DNA of 64,000 nt from a virus (taxonomy: Duplodnaviria; Caudoviricetes), in the IMG/VR virus record IMGVR_UViG_3300032007_000014; one strand, 5' to 3'. The translations under genes and the position numbers were made by a program. Each line of letters starts with the position of its first letter. Position 1 is the first letter of the stretch. The notes beneath the pieces were generated by a model. That model made no database searches and was not told the origin of the DNA. It worked only from the letters and a program-made list of their open reading frames with translations. Below are positions 49,338 to 59,064 of the stretch, in pieces.

Positions 49338-49400
49338 TTTACAAATAGATCTATCTCCCTGGTGTTATCCAGGGAGATAGATCATTATTGCCGTTGGTGA

Positions 49401-50159
49401 TCAGTTGAAACGAGAACGAATGGAGCGGATAGCCGCCATCACTGACTCGTTCTTCAGCACATCACGAAGCACGTCCATGTTGAACGTGATCTTCGCACCA
49501 CGCAGTCTGGCGTTGACAAGCTGAAGCAGTGCACTGTAGAATGCTTCGAACTTGACCGCATCCTGCGGTGGCAGCGAGTAGGTGAGACGGAAGATGTAAC
49601 CATCGCTGAAGATGGTACCGGATCCTTCAACCATGCGGTTGAACAGAGTCTCAACCAGCTCGCGGGTGCTGTACTTGATGGACGTGGAGGAACTGCTCGG
49701 AGCAACGAGGCGAACGATGCTGAAAAGCACGCGCATGCGCTCACGCAGTTTGGCCGGATTCATGGTGCGGATTTTGCACATATCGCGATACATATCGAGC
49801 ATCTTGGTGAGCTCGATGAGTTCGCGGGATTTCGGCGCCGCGGGTTTCACAGTTGCTTTCTTGGGAGCCTCCGCTGGAGCAGCCGGTTCCTTCAGATCAG
49901 CAGGCGTTGAAAGATTGAGTTTCTCTTCTTTCTTGGGAGTCACATCGATCTCGAGCTCCTCTTCCTTCTCAGGTTCAGCCGGAGTTTCCGTCACAGGAGT
50001 ACTTTCCTGTTCAGCAGGTGCTGATTCCTGCACAGGTGCAGCCTGTTCAGTGGCGGGAGCCTGATTCACAGAAGCATCCGTCGTTTCGACTTCCGGTGCC
50101 ATCTGTTCTTCTGCAGGTTGTTCACTCTGCTGATACTGATGATTGCGTTTCTTTGCCAT
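49401..50159 (-). CDS. Hypothetical protein with acidic, Pro-rich N-terminus (probably highly expressed or virion)
   Basis: 252 aa, AGGAG RBS, C-ending codon bias; downstream of the vRNAP beta' gene. Confidence 0.7.
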   Translation of the reverse strand: MAKKRNHQYQQSEQPAEEQMAPEVETTDASVNQAPATEQAAPVQESAPAEQESTPVTETPAEPEKEEELEIDVTPKKEEKLNLSTPADLKEPAAPAEAPKKATVKPAAPKSRELIELTKMLDMYRDMCKIRTMNPAKLRERMRVLFSIVRLVAPSSSSTSIKYSTRELVETLFNRMVEGSGTIFSDGYIFRLTYSLPPQDAVKFEAFYSALLQLVNARLRGAKITFNMDVLRDVLKNESVMAAIRSIRSRFN

Positions 50160-50187
50160 TTTGCAAATCTCCTATTTGATTTTGCGA

Positions 50188-51567
50188 TTACAACAGGATG
50201 GATGCGAGATCAACATTGTTGACTTTCAGAACTGTACCATGCATGTTCTTCATAGCCAGGTTCATGAAGGTTGATGTGATCTTGACTGTTTGGATGCCGA
50301 TAAACTTTGCACCAAGTGCTTTCGCACGTTCACCACAACACTTGTAACAAAAGTCTCTCTTGGTTTCACAAGTGAGTGGCGAATACATGTGTTGAATCTG
50401 ATGATCGTACTGACCGATATTCTCCGGAGTGAGAACAACATCAACATCTCCAACACGCAGTGTTCTTCCAAGGAATTTCTTGATATCAATCTCATTGAAA
50501 TTGATTTCAATGGTTCTCTTGGTACCACAGTCATCGTTGGAGATAGCAAGGTCTTGGAACACTCGCATCACCAGCTTGGTTTCAGCACCACCTTTCGCAG
50601 TTTCCTTACCACGAGAATACGAACCTTTTCGAATCTCGTTACAGATTACAGGAAACGCTTCTTTCGTCCATCCTTCCATCAGTGAATTCGGGATGAAATC
50701 AAATTCACCTGCACTGTCAGAGAATGCATCGATACATCCAACCGTAAGGAAAAGTTTCTTACGATGGAGATCCCATGACTTACTCCCAAGTCCATTGAAG
50801 AACCTTGCAGATGGGTCATCTCCGATGTACTCTTTGTCCATTGCTTTGAGTTTGTCTTCCAGTTCTTTTGCAACCAAAGGATTGTTGAGTTCTCCTTTAT
50901 GTTGTTCGATGAACTCACGTTTCACCTTCTGGATATCAGGATGTGATGAAAGTGATTTCAAGGTAAGAGTTGGAACACAAAGTTCTGTCATGTGGTTGAT
51001 GAAGAATGCATTGTTCAATGCTTCTTCCAATTGCCACACTTCAATCTTCTTGTTGGTAGCCAAAGAAGAAAGAGTTCCCATGATGTCACTGTCTTTCAAG
51101 ACTTTGTTCATATATGGGAACTGATACATGGTTGGATAACCAAAGATGAGAGTATTCTCCAACAGTCTACCAACTGTTGTTAATTCAGGTTTCACCTGAA
51201 CATAAGGAACATTCCCAAAATACTGGCTATCCAGAGGACCAAAGTCAAAGGTATCCAATCGATGATACGGAGGAATCTTCAGATCATCATGGAAATGCTC
51301 AAAGACATAAGCAGTGTGATCTTCATTGTCTCCAGTCACCATAGCAAGACCATTCTTGATCTGAACGATATCACCAGGTGTAAACGTTCCTTTCACATCT
51401 GCTTTCAGCACATTGGCTGATGCACCAGGATCGATGCTGACGTCAAGTTGCTTATGAGTGTATTCACTGACAACTGTCATAGCTTCAAGAAGCCATGCTC
51501 TCTCAGTGAACTTCTTTCCAACAGCCGCAACCATAAGCAACCGTTTCTTGAAATTAGACAGTCTCAT
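50188..51567 (-). CDS. Virion RNA polymerase beta' subunit, C-terminal part (phiKZ gp80-like)
   Basis: RKGSYSRGKETAKGG (bridge helix), DDCGT, SPLTC...FCYKCCG zinc site and MKNMHG (trigger loop). Confidence 0.85.
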   Translation of the reverse strand: MRLSNFKKRLLMVAAVGKKFTERAWLLEAMTVVSEYTHKQLDVSIDPGASANVLKADVKGTFTPGDIVQIKNGLAMVTGDNEDHTAYVFEHFHDDLKIPPYHRLDTFDFGPLDSQYFGNVPYVQVKPELTTVGRLLENTLIFGYPTMYQFPYMNKVLKDSDIMGTLSSLATNKKIEVWQLEEALNNAFFINHMTELCVPTLTLKSLSSHPDIQKVKREFIEQHKGELNNPLVAKELEDKLKAMDKEYIGDDPSARFFNGLGSKSWDLHRKKLFLTVGCIDAFSDSAGEFDFIPNSLMEGWTKEAFPVICNEIRKGSYSRGKETAKGGAETKLVMRVFQDLAISNDDCGTKRTIEINFNEIDIKKFLGRTLRVGDVDVVLTPENIGQYDHQIQHMYSPLTCETKRDFCYKCCGERAKALGAKFIGIQTVKITSTFMNLAMKNMHGTVLKVNNVDLASILL

Positions 51568-52654
51568 TGGTTACGGTCTCCTCTGCTGGTATCACCATGC
51601 GATCCAAACAAGTCTGGAACTTACCGTGAAGTTCACTTCCTTCTGGATACTCATCGATGAAGTCATTCAATGTCTTCAGGAATGCTTGTCTCAGTTGACC
51701 ATTCGTCATACCAATCTGATAATGTGATGCGACAATCAATGCAATCATAGCATCTGTCATGATGGCTTTCAACTTGGTACCATCTTCTCTCCGACTGAAA
51801 TAACGAATGTCATGTTTCCACACATATTTGTACTTGTCACGAAGTTTGTTGAACTTAGCAACTTTCTGATCATCAGTCAGTTCCGTATCATGAAAAATGC
51901 GTACGCACTGAATGAGATCATCACCTCGTAAGAGTTGCTTCTCGTAACTTTCCATGTAGTGACGAATCATGTATTGTTTCTGACTGTCAGATGTAATCAC
52001 AGCAGTGGATTGTGGATCCTTGACAGTAACAGGAAAACATGAACATGCCATCTTCTCAATGATGGCATTACGTTTTTCAACATACTGCAGATAAGCAACC
52101 ATCTCTTCAGTTGTCATAGTTGACTCGTAAGATGGATCACCATAACTGTCGATTTTGTCGAAAATGGATTGCATGAACTCAACGAATGTATCATCTGAAC
52201 CAATCACAACTCCTCTGTTTGCAAGGTATTCCCAACCTTCATCCAAAGGAAATGTTTCATTCATGGTGCTGATAACAGCAGTGATACAATCAGTTCCTGA
52301 ACTTGCTTCTTTCAACAGCTCTACGAGCTGTTCGTTGTTGTGAATCAGTTCGAACAATTTGTCATTGTCAAACTTTGAACACAGGAAGAAGATAGCTTGA
52401 TGCATGATAACATCATCCAACAAGTCATCAGTTTCTCGATTGAAGAAGATTCCAATTTCATTGAGATCATCCAAAAGAATACGCAATACTCGATTACGAA
52501 TCCATAATGGTGATAATGCTTCTTCATCAACTTCAACAAGATAGCGTTCTTCTGTCAGATAGTTCTTCACTTCTTCAGACAGTTCAGATGCTTTTGTGAT
52601 AACTTCTTGAGAATAGCGATCTTCTATGGTAAGTTCTTGTTGAACGATACTCAT
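51554..52654 (-). CDS. Hypothetical protein
   Basis: 366 aa, GAGG RBS, overlaps the RNAP gene. Confidence 0.72.
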   Translation of the reverse strand: MSIVQQELTIEDRYSQEVITKASELSEEVKNYLTEERYLVEVDEEALSPLWIRNRVLRILLDDLNEIGIFFNRETDDLLDDVIMHQAIFFLCSKFDNDKLFELIHNNEQLVELLKEASSGTDCITAVISTMNETFPLDEGWEYLANRGVVIGSDDTFVEFMQSIFDKIDSYGDPSYESTMTTEEMVAYLQYVEKRNAIIEKMACSCFPVTVKDPQSTAVITSDSQKQYMIRHYMESYEKQLLRGDDLIQCVRIFHDTELTDDQKVAKFNKLRDKYKYVWKHDIRYFSRREDGTKLKAIMTDAMIALIVASHYQIGMTNGQLRQAFLKTLNDFIDEYPEGSELHGKFQTCLDRMVIPAEETVTNETV

Positions 52655-52659
52655 ATCAA

Positions 52660-53325
52660 AGACCTCTTGTGTAAAAAATAATTGAATCTAGGCTTATACA
52701 AAGTATGGTCTTTACGTGTGAAATCCTAGGTATTTCCTAACACATTACATATTTTACCCAACACATGTTGAGTCCAATTAACCTCAGAATATCATTGTTG
52801 ACTTAGTTTTGACTTATTGCTTTTATACTTATACTCTTTCTAAAAACCACCTTTTGAATATGGCTTAAAACCTAGAGTATGATAATTATTATCCCTGTTT
52901 TTCTTGGTATTTTGAGATGTGATATTTTCCGAATTAGTTCACATTTTCAGTTACAACCATTTTCAACTCATTCAATCCATCATTTCGATCAAGAGAAGAA
53001 GATACTCTCTTAAGAGAGTATCTTCTTCTCTTGCACCCCTATGGGGGAATAGGGGGTAAATCAGTACTTAAGAAAAAAGAAAATGTTATTTTTGTTATTT
53101 TGTTAAGAATAGATTTTGTTTAATATTCTTTTTTGTTAAGAAATGATTTTGTAATAATGTTTATTTGTTAAGAAATATAAAGTGTTTTGTTATAACAAAC
53201 GTTAAGTTTTATTATATATATTAAAAGTACCTTAGATTCTTAGGAAGGATTGTTAAGGAACCTTTCTTAAAATTTCGATGAGTGTGAAATTTTACATTCG
53301 AAGCAATCTTATGTGATTGCAATAT
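52660..53325. other. AT-rich non-coding region, candidate replication origin
   Basis: Perfect 42-bp palindrome at 52991-53032; phased GTTAAG repeats; lies between divergent transcription units. Confidence 0.45.
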
Positions 53326-53329
53326 CTTC

Positions 53330-53405
53330 GCCGAGTTAGCTGAGTCCGGTTTAGCAAATCCCTTGTAAGGATTAGACGTGGGTTCGAATCCCGCACTCGG
53401 CTCCA
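53330..53405 (+). tRNA. tRNA-Thr(UGU)
   Basis: Acceptor GCCGAGT/ACTCGGC, anticodon loop CTTGTAA, TTCGAAT T-loop, CCA. Confidence 0.88.
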
Positions 53406-53784
53406 ATTTTGAAATGAACGAACCATTGTTGTAAAAATTTACAACATGACTCGATCATATGTCTCAATGACAATTGATTCTTTCACACAACGTGACAGTG
53501 AGCACATTGAACCACGCATGGAACAATTCTACCAAATATGGGTTAGCGATAGGTGATCTTCCAATTGCTTTAACTATCGTTAACTTGTTGATGGAATATC
53601 AAATTCATTCGTTGCACTAACTCACAAGTGTGAAGCTTTTGAAATTGGGATCATACGTTGATGTTTGGTCTGATTGACAATCGATGACAGTGTTAGTTTG
53701 CTCCTTACATTGTCGGTTGCCAATTGGACCAGATGTCTTCCTTTTCTTTCGCTTTCAACCATCCAATAGGGAGATGACACTCAT

Positions 53785-54237
53785 ATGTCAATGCCAACTG
53801 TTCTACTGACAACGGATGGATCATTCAAAGCATCCGTGCAAGCTGGTGGATATGCTGGCGTGCTCCAAATGGGTGATCATTTTCTAGCAACGATAGGTAA
53901 CGACAGTCCAACAACCATCAACCGTATGGAATTATCTGCAGTGATTGCAAGCTTGAATCAGCTTACAGTTCCTTGTAGAGTCCATATTGTGAGTGATAGC
54001 CAGTATGTGGTTAAAGGTATCAACAGTTGGTTGACTGGTTGGGTAGCCAATGCTTGGATCACATCCACAAGACAACCTGTAGGGAATCAAGACCTTTGGG
54101 AACAAATGTGGAATCTCATGCAAGTGCATGTGATCACAGCTGAATGGGTGAAAGGTCATAGAGGTCATGCGACGAATGAGTTGTGTGATCAATTGGCTGG
54201 ATGGGCTGCGTTCTCGCAAGAGGATTACAACTTTTAA
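53785..54237 (+). CDS. rnhA: Ribonuclease HI
   Basis: TDGS, TINRMEL, SDSQYV, GW..N.W, NQDLW, WVKGH.G...NELCDQLA. Confidence 0.95.
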   Translation: MSMPTVLLTTDGSFKASVQAGGYAGVLQMGDHFLATIGNDSPTTINRMELSAVIASLNQLTVPCRVHIVSDSQYVVKGINSWLTGWVANAWITSTRQPVGNQDLWEQMWNLMQVHVITAEWVKGHRGHATNELCDQLAGWAAFSQEDYNF

Positions 54238-54252
54238 AACAGAGGGTCTCAA

Positions 54253-54351
54253 ATGACGAAAGATCAAAAGAAAGCATGGACCATGCTTATTGTTGGAGCG
54301 ATCGTTGGATCAGCTCTTACGATCTTCTGCCAGATCATGGGCTGGCTGTGA
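54253..54351 (+). CDS. Small membrane peptide (32 aa)
   Basis: GAGG RBS; MTKDQKKAWTMLIVGAIVGSALTIFCQIMGWL. Confidence 0.55.
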   Translation: MTKDQKKAWTMLIVGAIVGSALTIFCQIMGWL

Positions 54352-54363
54352 GATGAATAACTT

Positions 54364-54451
54364 GGAGAGATGGTCGAGTGGTTTAAGGCAGCGGTCTTGA
54401 AAACCGCAGACGGGAAACTGTCCGCGAGTCCGAATCTCGCTCTCTCCGCCA
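54364..54451 (+). tRNA. tRNA-Ser(UGA)
   Basis: GGAGAGA/TCTCTCC acceptor, anticodon loop CTTGAAA, long variable arm, CCA. Confidence 0.92.
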
Positions 54452-54457
54452 TTTCTA

Positions 54458-54534
54458 GGCCTCGTAGCACAATTGGTTAATGCCCCACCCTGTCACGGTG
54501 GTTATTGCCCGTTCAAATCGGGTCGAGGTCGCCA
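54458..54534 (+). tRNA. tRNA-Asp(GUC)
   Basis: Anticodon loop CTGTCAC, TTCAAAT T-loop, GCCA end. Confidence 0.92.
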
Positions 54535-54537
54535 TAT

Positions 54538-54612
54538 TCCAGCATAGCTCAGCGGTAGAGTAGGTGGCTGTTAACCACTTGGTCGCTGGTCCGAATCCAG
54601 CTGCTGGAGCCA
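54538..54612 (+). tRNA. tRNA-Asn(GUU)
   Basis: TCCAGCA/TGCTGGA acceptor, anticodon loop CTGTTAA, GCCA end. Confidence 0.92.
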
Positions 54613-54622
54613 TACATTTCAT

Positions 54623-54696
54623 GGGGTCTTAGCTCAGTTGGCTAGAGCACCTGCTTTGCAAGCAGGATGTCACGAGTTCGAATCTCGTAGGCTCCA
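54623..54696 (+). tRNA. tRNA-Ala(UGC), CCA not encoded
   Basis: GGGGTCT/AGGCTCC acceptor with G3.U70, anticodon loop TTTGCAA, TTCGAAT T-loop. Confidence 0.92.
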
Positions 54697-54877
54697 AATT
54701 CAGTGTACACCACGAATCCGGTGGAACTCCGTACATCACCGCTATCTCCATCAGTAGCGTGTTCCCACCTTTCAAAGATTCCGTTATAGTCGGATGATGG
54801 TTTTCAAAAAAAAGAACAAGGGGAACAGGTCCTTTGCAGGACCTGTTCCCTTATGTTCTTTATTGACGTTTGGTGGA

Positions 54878-55855
54878 TCAGTTGATACCACCGACGAAAG
54901 TACCTGGTATGCAGTTACCCCATCCAGCATTGCTGAAGAACGATCTCGTTCCGACGCACTGTGACACATCGGCGATGAACATCCAACGATTAGGTACATT
55001 GCGAGATGCAAGGAACGAAGGTTCTTCATCATCGTTGGTGACTTTGACCAAGATGCGATAGAACTGTCCTTCGTTCATTTTGATGATGGAGAAGGTATAG
55101 TCGTCAAACACGACCACATGTTCCACTGGAGTGGATCCAGTGAGATGAAAATTGCTCCCGGATGCCTGATCCCCGATGACGAAACGTTTGACATCGAGGT
55201 AGTTTGGGAACGGACATCCGATAAGCATCTGAAGATACTGATCCGGAGTGTGGGCGTTGATATCCGCGAGGACTTTCTTTTCAGATTCCGGTTCTTGTTC
55301 GAGTTTGGTCTCGATGTGGATGTCCGGAATGGTTGCTTTGCCGACCACCTCAGGAACATCGGATTCTTCCTGAACAACAGGCTGCTGTTCTTCATGAACT
55401 GGAGTTTCGTCTTTCACTTCGACTTCGGGTTTGACTTCCGTTTCATTGTTGGTTTCCATGAGTTCCTCCTGTATGGATTCTTGGGTTGTTTCTTCTGGTT
55501 GTTCGCTCTTGATGATCACACCATTTGCAGGATGTGGTCCGTTCTCAGGAACTTCGATGATTTCGATTTCAGCGAGTTCCTTGCTGTTCTCTGTGTACGT
55601 ACACAGATGACGAAAACGTTTTCTGTACTCCGCATCAACGATGAGTTTACCATCAACACGACTTACGATGTAGTGAATTCCATCGTACTCCGTGAAGTAG
55701 TTCTTCCCGTTGAAAGGTTCGTCGAGTTCTTTTTCATCGAACTCGTACTCTCTGCGGAGCGCATATAACGCATCTTTGCTGTTACAGGTCATTGCATCCA
55801 TCAGTAGATCCACGAGCACTGCTGATGGTGCAGTTTGGAACTGTTCTAAGTTCAT
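54878..55855 (-). CDS. Hypothetical protein with acidic linker
   Basis: 325 aa, AGGAGG RBS; terminator at 54821-54850. Confidence 0.72.
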   Translation of the reverse strand: MNLEQFQTAPSAVLVDLLMDAMTCNSKDALYALRREYEFDEKELDEPFNGKNYFTEYDGIHYIVSRVDGKLIVDAEYRKRFRHLCTYTENSKELAEIEIIEVPENGPHPANGVIIKSEQPEETTQESIQEELMETNNETEVKPEVEVKDETPVHEEQQPVVQEESDVPEVVGKATIPDIHIETKLEQEPESEKKVLADINAHTPDQYLQMLIGCPFPNYLDVKRFVIGDQASGSNFHLTGSTPVEHVVVFDDYTFSIIKMNEGQFYRILVKVTNDDEEPSFLASRNVPNRWMFIADVSQCVGTRSFFSNAGWGNCIPGTFVGGIN

Positions 55856-55927
55856 GTTACCTCCTGTTGTAATGGGTTAAGATAAACAACTGTGTGTGGT
55901 ATTATCCACACACAGTTGTCTACCAAG

Positions 55928-58009
55928 TTAAAATCGATACATTTCACCAAGCAATAACTCATCCTTACTGAACGGTATGGAGATACCGATCTGTGATAAG
56001 ATAAGGTATGCTGGTTTGATGTTGTGGTAGATGATGGCCCGTGTGTCAATGATCGGAACAAGTTCTTGAGGAACTCTTCCAGTCACTGGGTTGATCGCGA
56101 CATATGTGGAAAGTCTTCCATATCTTTCAATGAACTTAAGCATCCTGTTACAGATACCTTTGTTCTTTGAACCTAACCACTCGATATATTGAGGAGTTGG
56201 TTTGAAGATTGGAACAACTGGTGCTTTGGTTGGAAGCATCAGAGTACCGTACTTGTCAGCAAATATCTCTTCCCACGCCATGTAGTAGAAGTAATTGCTT
56301 GACGTTGGTACAGCATAGTAGTTCTTTGTTCTGATTGACAAGGATTTATACCATTCGGTACTTCCATCCTTAATCTCATCTTCCATCTTCTTCTCAAATG
56401 CAACAACTTCTTTGATCAAGTCAATAGCTGAGAATTTCCCTTCCATTGATTTCATCAGGATCTTATTGATGATGAAGTTCTCTGCGAATTTGGTTGCAGA
56501 TTTACAGATGTCAGAACCTTTGAACTGGACTCCTTTTATGTCTGGATCTGGTTTTGGGAGAACAACTCCTTCCTGAATTGTAACCACACCTGCATAATGT
56601 TTCTTGATATCTGCAAGAATCATGGTTGGGTACAGGAATTCATTCTTCATCGCCATGGTTGTCTCATATTCACCTCTCGCTCCATGTGCTCTGGAATACA
56701 GGAGTAATGAATGAGCTACTGCTTTGGTCAACCAATAGATTGCACAACTTGAAATCTGATATGTTGCATCAGAGATCTTGTATACATCATGGGTGTACCA
56801 GTCAATCCAATCTTTTACAGTGAAGATCACTGAATCTGTATCGGATATGACAGCAGTGTTTCGTTTCATGAACTTTCTGGTATCCACACACGGAGTGCAG
56901 AGTTTGGTGAAGATGAAACAATTGAAGATGTCTTGAATCTTCTTGAATTGATCAACGACGTGATTCGCGATTGTCACGAATTTCCTGGCGATATCAGGCG
57001 CTTTGTCAGGAAGATCGTAGACCTGCCAACTTGGATCAGGTGGTCTCAACACACTTGCAAATGATACATTCACAAGGTTGACGATATCACCTTCCAGTTT
57101 GAACAGATCTTGAGGATTGTCATTTGCGTCCATCTGAATCTTGGTTAGATCAAATGTGTCATTCGTCCATTTCCTGAAATACTCATCATTACCCCACATG
57201 ATGTGACGAAGGTTCTGAAAGTAATAGAAGAATTGAACTTCTTCAGGAGACAGACTGTCAACCAATTTCCGAACAAGATGTAGTTCAGCCTTCTTCTTGT
57301 ACAGTCTTACCTCTTTGAGATAGAACTGCATAAGAGTTTCTTTGTCGACAGTCTTCAGTCCGTGATTGATGATGACACGTTTGACTTCATCTTTGTCGAT
57401 GATGCCAGGAGTAAGGTGAATGGTGATATGATTGATCAGATCCTCTTCACTGAACCATGCAAAGTTTCCTCCAAGCACAGCTTCTGCTGTCGAATACGCA
57501 TATCCAATCAATGCTCTCGCGTTGGAAGTGATTGCGTTATACAGATCCTTTGCATAATTCAGATTATACGGAGATCCATAAGATCCTGGAAGAGAGTTGA
57601 TGTTGATCTTGATCAGAGTCTGTCCATAATAGCACTGAAGTGCCATATTCTCATCACCAACAGCTTTTGCTTTCAGCATGTTCTTCTTCAGAACTTTACG
57701 CTGAGCAAGCTTTTCTTTCACCATCTGTGCGGTGATACCAAGTTTGGTTTCATGTTGTTTGAACACACAACCATTTGCAGATATCACTTTATCAGCTTGT
57801 GATTCGAAGAATGTTGCAAGATCAGTGCCGACTATCTTTGGTTCCCCATAGAGCTGAGTGTCCAAAAGAACAGCAGTCTTTGGTTGATATCTCGCAACCA
57901 TGATCTCTCTCACGAGCTGTTCTGCTTGTGCATAAGGAATGTTGTTCACTCGACTTATGTAAGTCGCCATGTTTTCCTTATATGTTTTCAAAAGAGGTGG
58001 TCTACTCAT
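55928..58009 (-). CDS. Family B DNA polymerase, polymerase-domain subunit (phiKZ gp50-like)
   Basis: R...K...Q..IKININSLPGSYGS (motif B), ITSNAR, SDTDS (motif C), KKHY and IKGV. Confidence 0.88.
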   Translation of the reverse strand: MSRPPLLKTYKENMATYISRVNNIPYAQAEQLVREIMVARYQPKTAVLLDTQLYGEPKIVGTDLATFFESQADKVISANGCVFKQHETKLGITAQMVKEKLAQRKVLKKNMLKAKAVGDENMALQCYYGQTLIKININSLPGSYGSPYNLNYAKDLYNAITSNARALIGYAYSTAEAVLGGNFAWFSEEDLINHITIHLTPGIIDKDEVKRVIINHGLKTVDKETLMQFYLKEVRLYKKKAELHLVRKLVDSLSPEEVQFFYYFQNLRHIMWGNDEYFRKWTNDTFDLTKIQMDANDNPQDLFKLEGDIVNLVNVSFASVLRPPDPSWQVYDLPDKAPDIARKFVTIANHVVDQFKKIQDIFNCFIFTKLCTPCVDTRKFMKRNTAVISDTDSVIFTVKDWIDWYTHDVYKISDATYQISSCAIYWLTKAVAHSLLLYSRAHGARGEYETTMAMKNEFLYPTMILADIKKHYAGVVTIQEGVVLPKPDPDIKGVQFKGSDICKSATKFAENFIINKILMKSMEGKFSAIDLIKEVVAFEKKMEDEIKDGSTEWYKSLSIRTKNYYAVPTSSNYFYYMAWEEIFADKYGTLMLPTKAPVVPIFKPTPQYIEWLGSKNKGICNRMLKFIERYGRLSTYVAINPVTGRVPQELVPIIDTRAIIYHNIKPAYLILSQIGISIPFSKDELLLGEMYRF

Positions 58010-58197
58010 TGGAATTTCCTTATATGTTGTGATGTGACACATAAAGTGTCACACTGTTTTACTTTAGTAAATGCTTTCACATATTTGTAATATATGCATA
58101 ATTTAAACATGAGGAAAAACCTTTAAAGACTATCCTATGGTTGCACCCACGTTTGTATATTTCTACAAAAATCGAATTCAACTCAAGGAGAAGACCA

Positions 58198-58806
58198 ATG
58201 TTTCTGAAGGTTCGTAATAACCTTGGTGCTGAAGGCGTTACTCCCGGCGAAGGTATTCCTGCGCCTGAAGATATTGCAGGTCCCGTTGCTGAACAACCAG
58301 CTGCTATCAGTCCAGCTGCTCAGTCGTTCATCGCACGGCATGCTGCAATGACAGTCCTCGTCTCGTATGCAAAGTACCTGATGAAAACAGGTCGTGTGGA
58401 CGGGAAAGATGCAGTTGCTTCCGAAATCGGGAAGATTGCTTCAGCTGCCATGGATGCAGGCTACTGCACCGCAGATTGCTTGGAAAGACTTCTCGACAAG
58501 ATCAAATATTGTCGAGTGGATTCTCCGTCGGAACTTGGAAACAAGATCCGTTGCAAGATGCGTGAACACATTCTCGAAAACCTGCTTTGCAATGTCTCTT
58601 ATGACAAAGCAATCCTTGAAACACTGACCGATGAAGAACGTGAAGTGATCTCTGCTGGAATCGAAGCATGGGATAACTACATGAAGTGTCAGTGGAAGGT
58701 TGTCGAAAAATTCCAGCCGGCGATCGAAGAAGCCATTTGCAAGTTCATCGATACGTTCAAAGACAAATTCGATGAAGGCTTCGTTCAGATCATCTGTAAA
58801 AAATAA
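58198..58806 (+). CDS. Hypothetical protein
   Basis: ATG at 58198 after AAGGAG. Confidence 0.7.
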   Translation: MFLKVRNNLGAEGVTPGEGIPAPEDIAGPVAEQPAAISPAAQSFIARHAAMTVLVSYAKYLMKTGRVDGKDAVASEIGKIASAAMDAGYCTADCLERLLDKIKYCRVDSPSELGNKIRCKMREHILENLLCNVSYDKAILETLTDEEREVISAGIEAWDNYMKCQWKVVEKFQPAIEEAICKFIDTFKDKFDEGFVQIICKK

Positions 58807-59064
58807 CATCTCATCAACTTCATATGTGAGCCCCAAAATGGAAACAAAACCCGAGATTGCCAACCGTAATGTCAGCGGAATGAGCAAGATCGATGCCAAT
58901 TTGGATGCCGCGATGAGGATGACTGGAGAGATCGCTTCGACTCTCGTGAAGCTCGTGTGTCCGCAAGGACAACGACTTGGTAAGACACCAAGACCGAGAG
59001 TCTCGGTCATTCCTTCATACGACCACGTGTTACAAATGAAGTAAATGACTGAGGTTAACCAACT

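Noticed and set aside
53070-53260. CRISPR array
   Set aside because: The repeats are short, degenerate AT-rich units without unique spacers, and there are no cas genes.
54697-54780. HDV-like (theta) ribozyme after tRNA-Ala
   Set aside because: Hairpins are present but the P1.1 GG and nested double pseudoknot could not be built.
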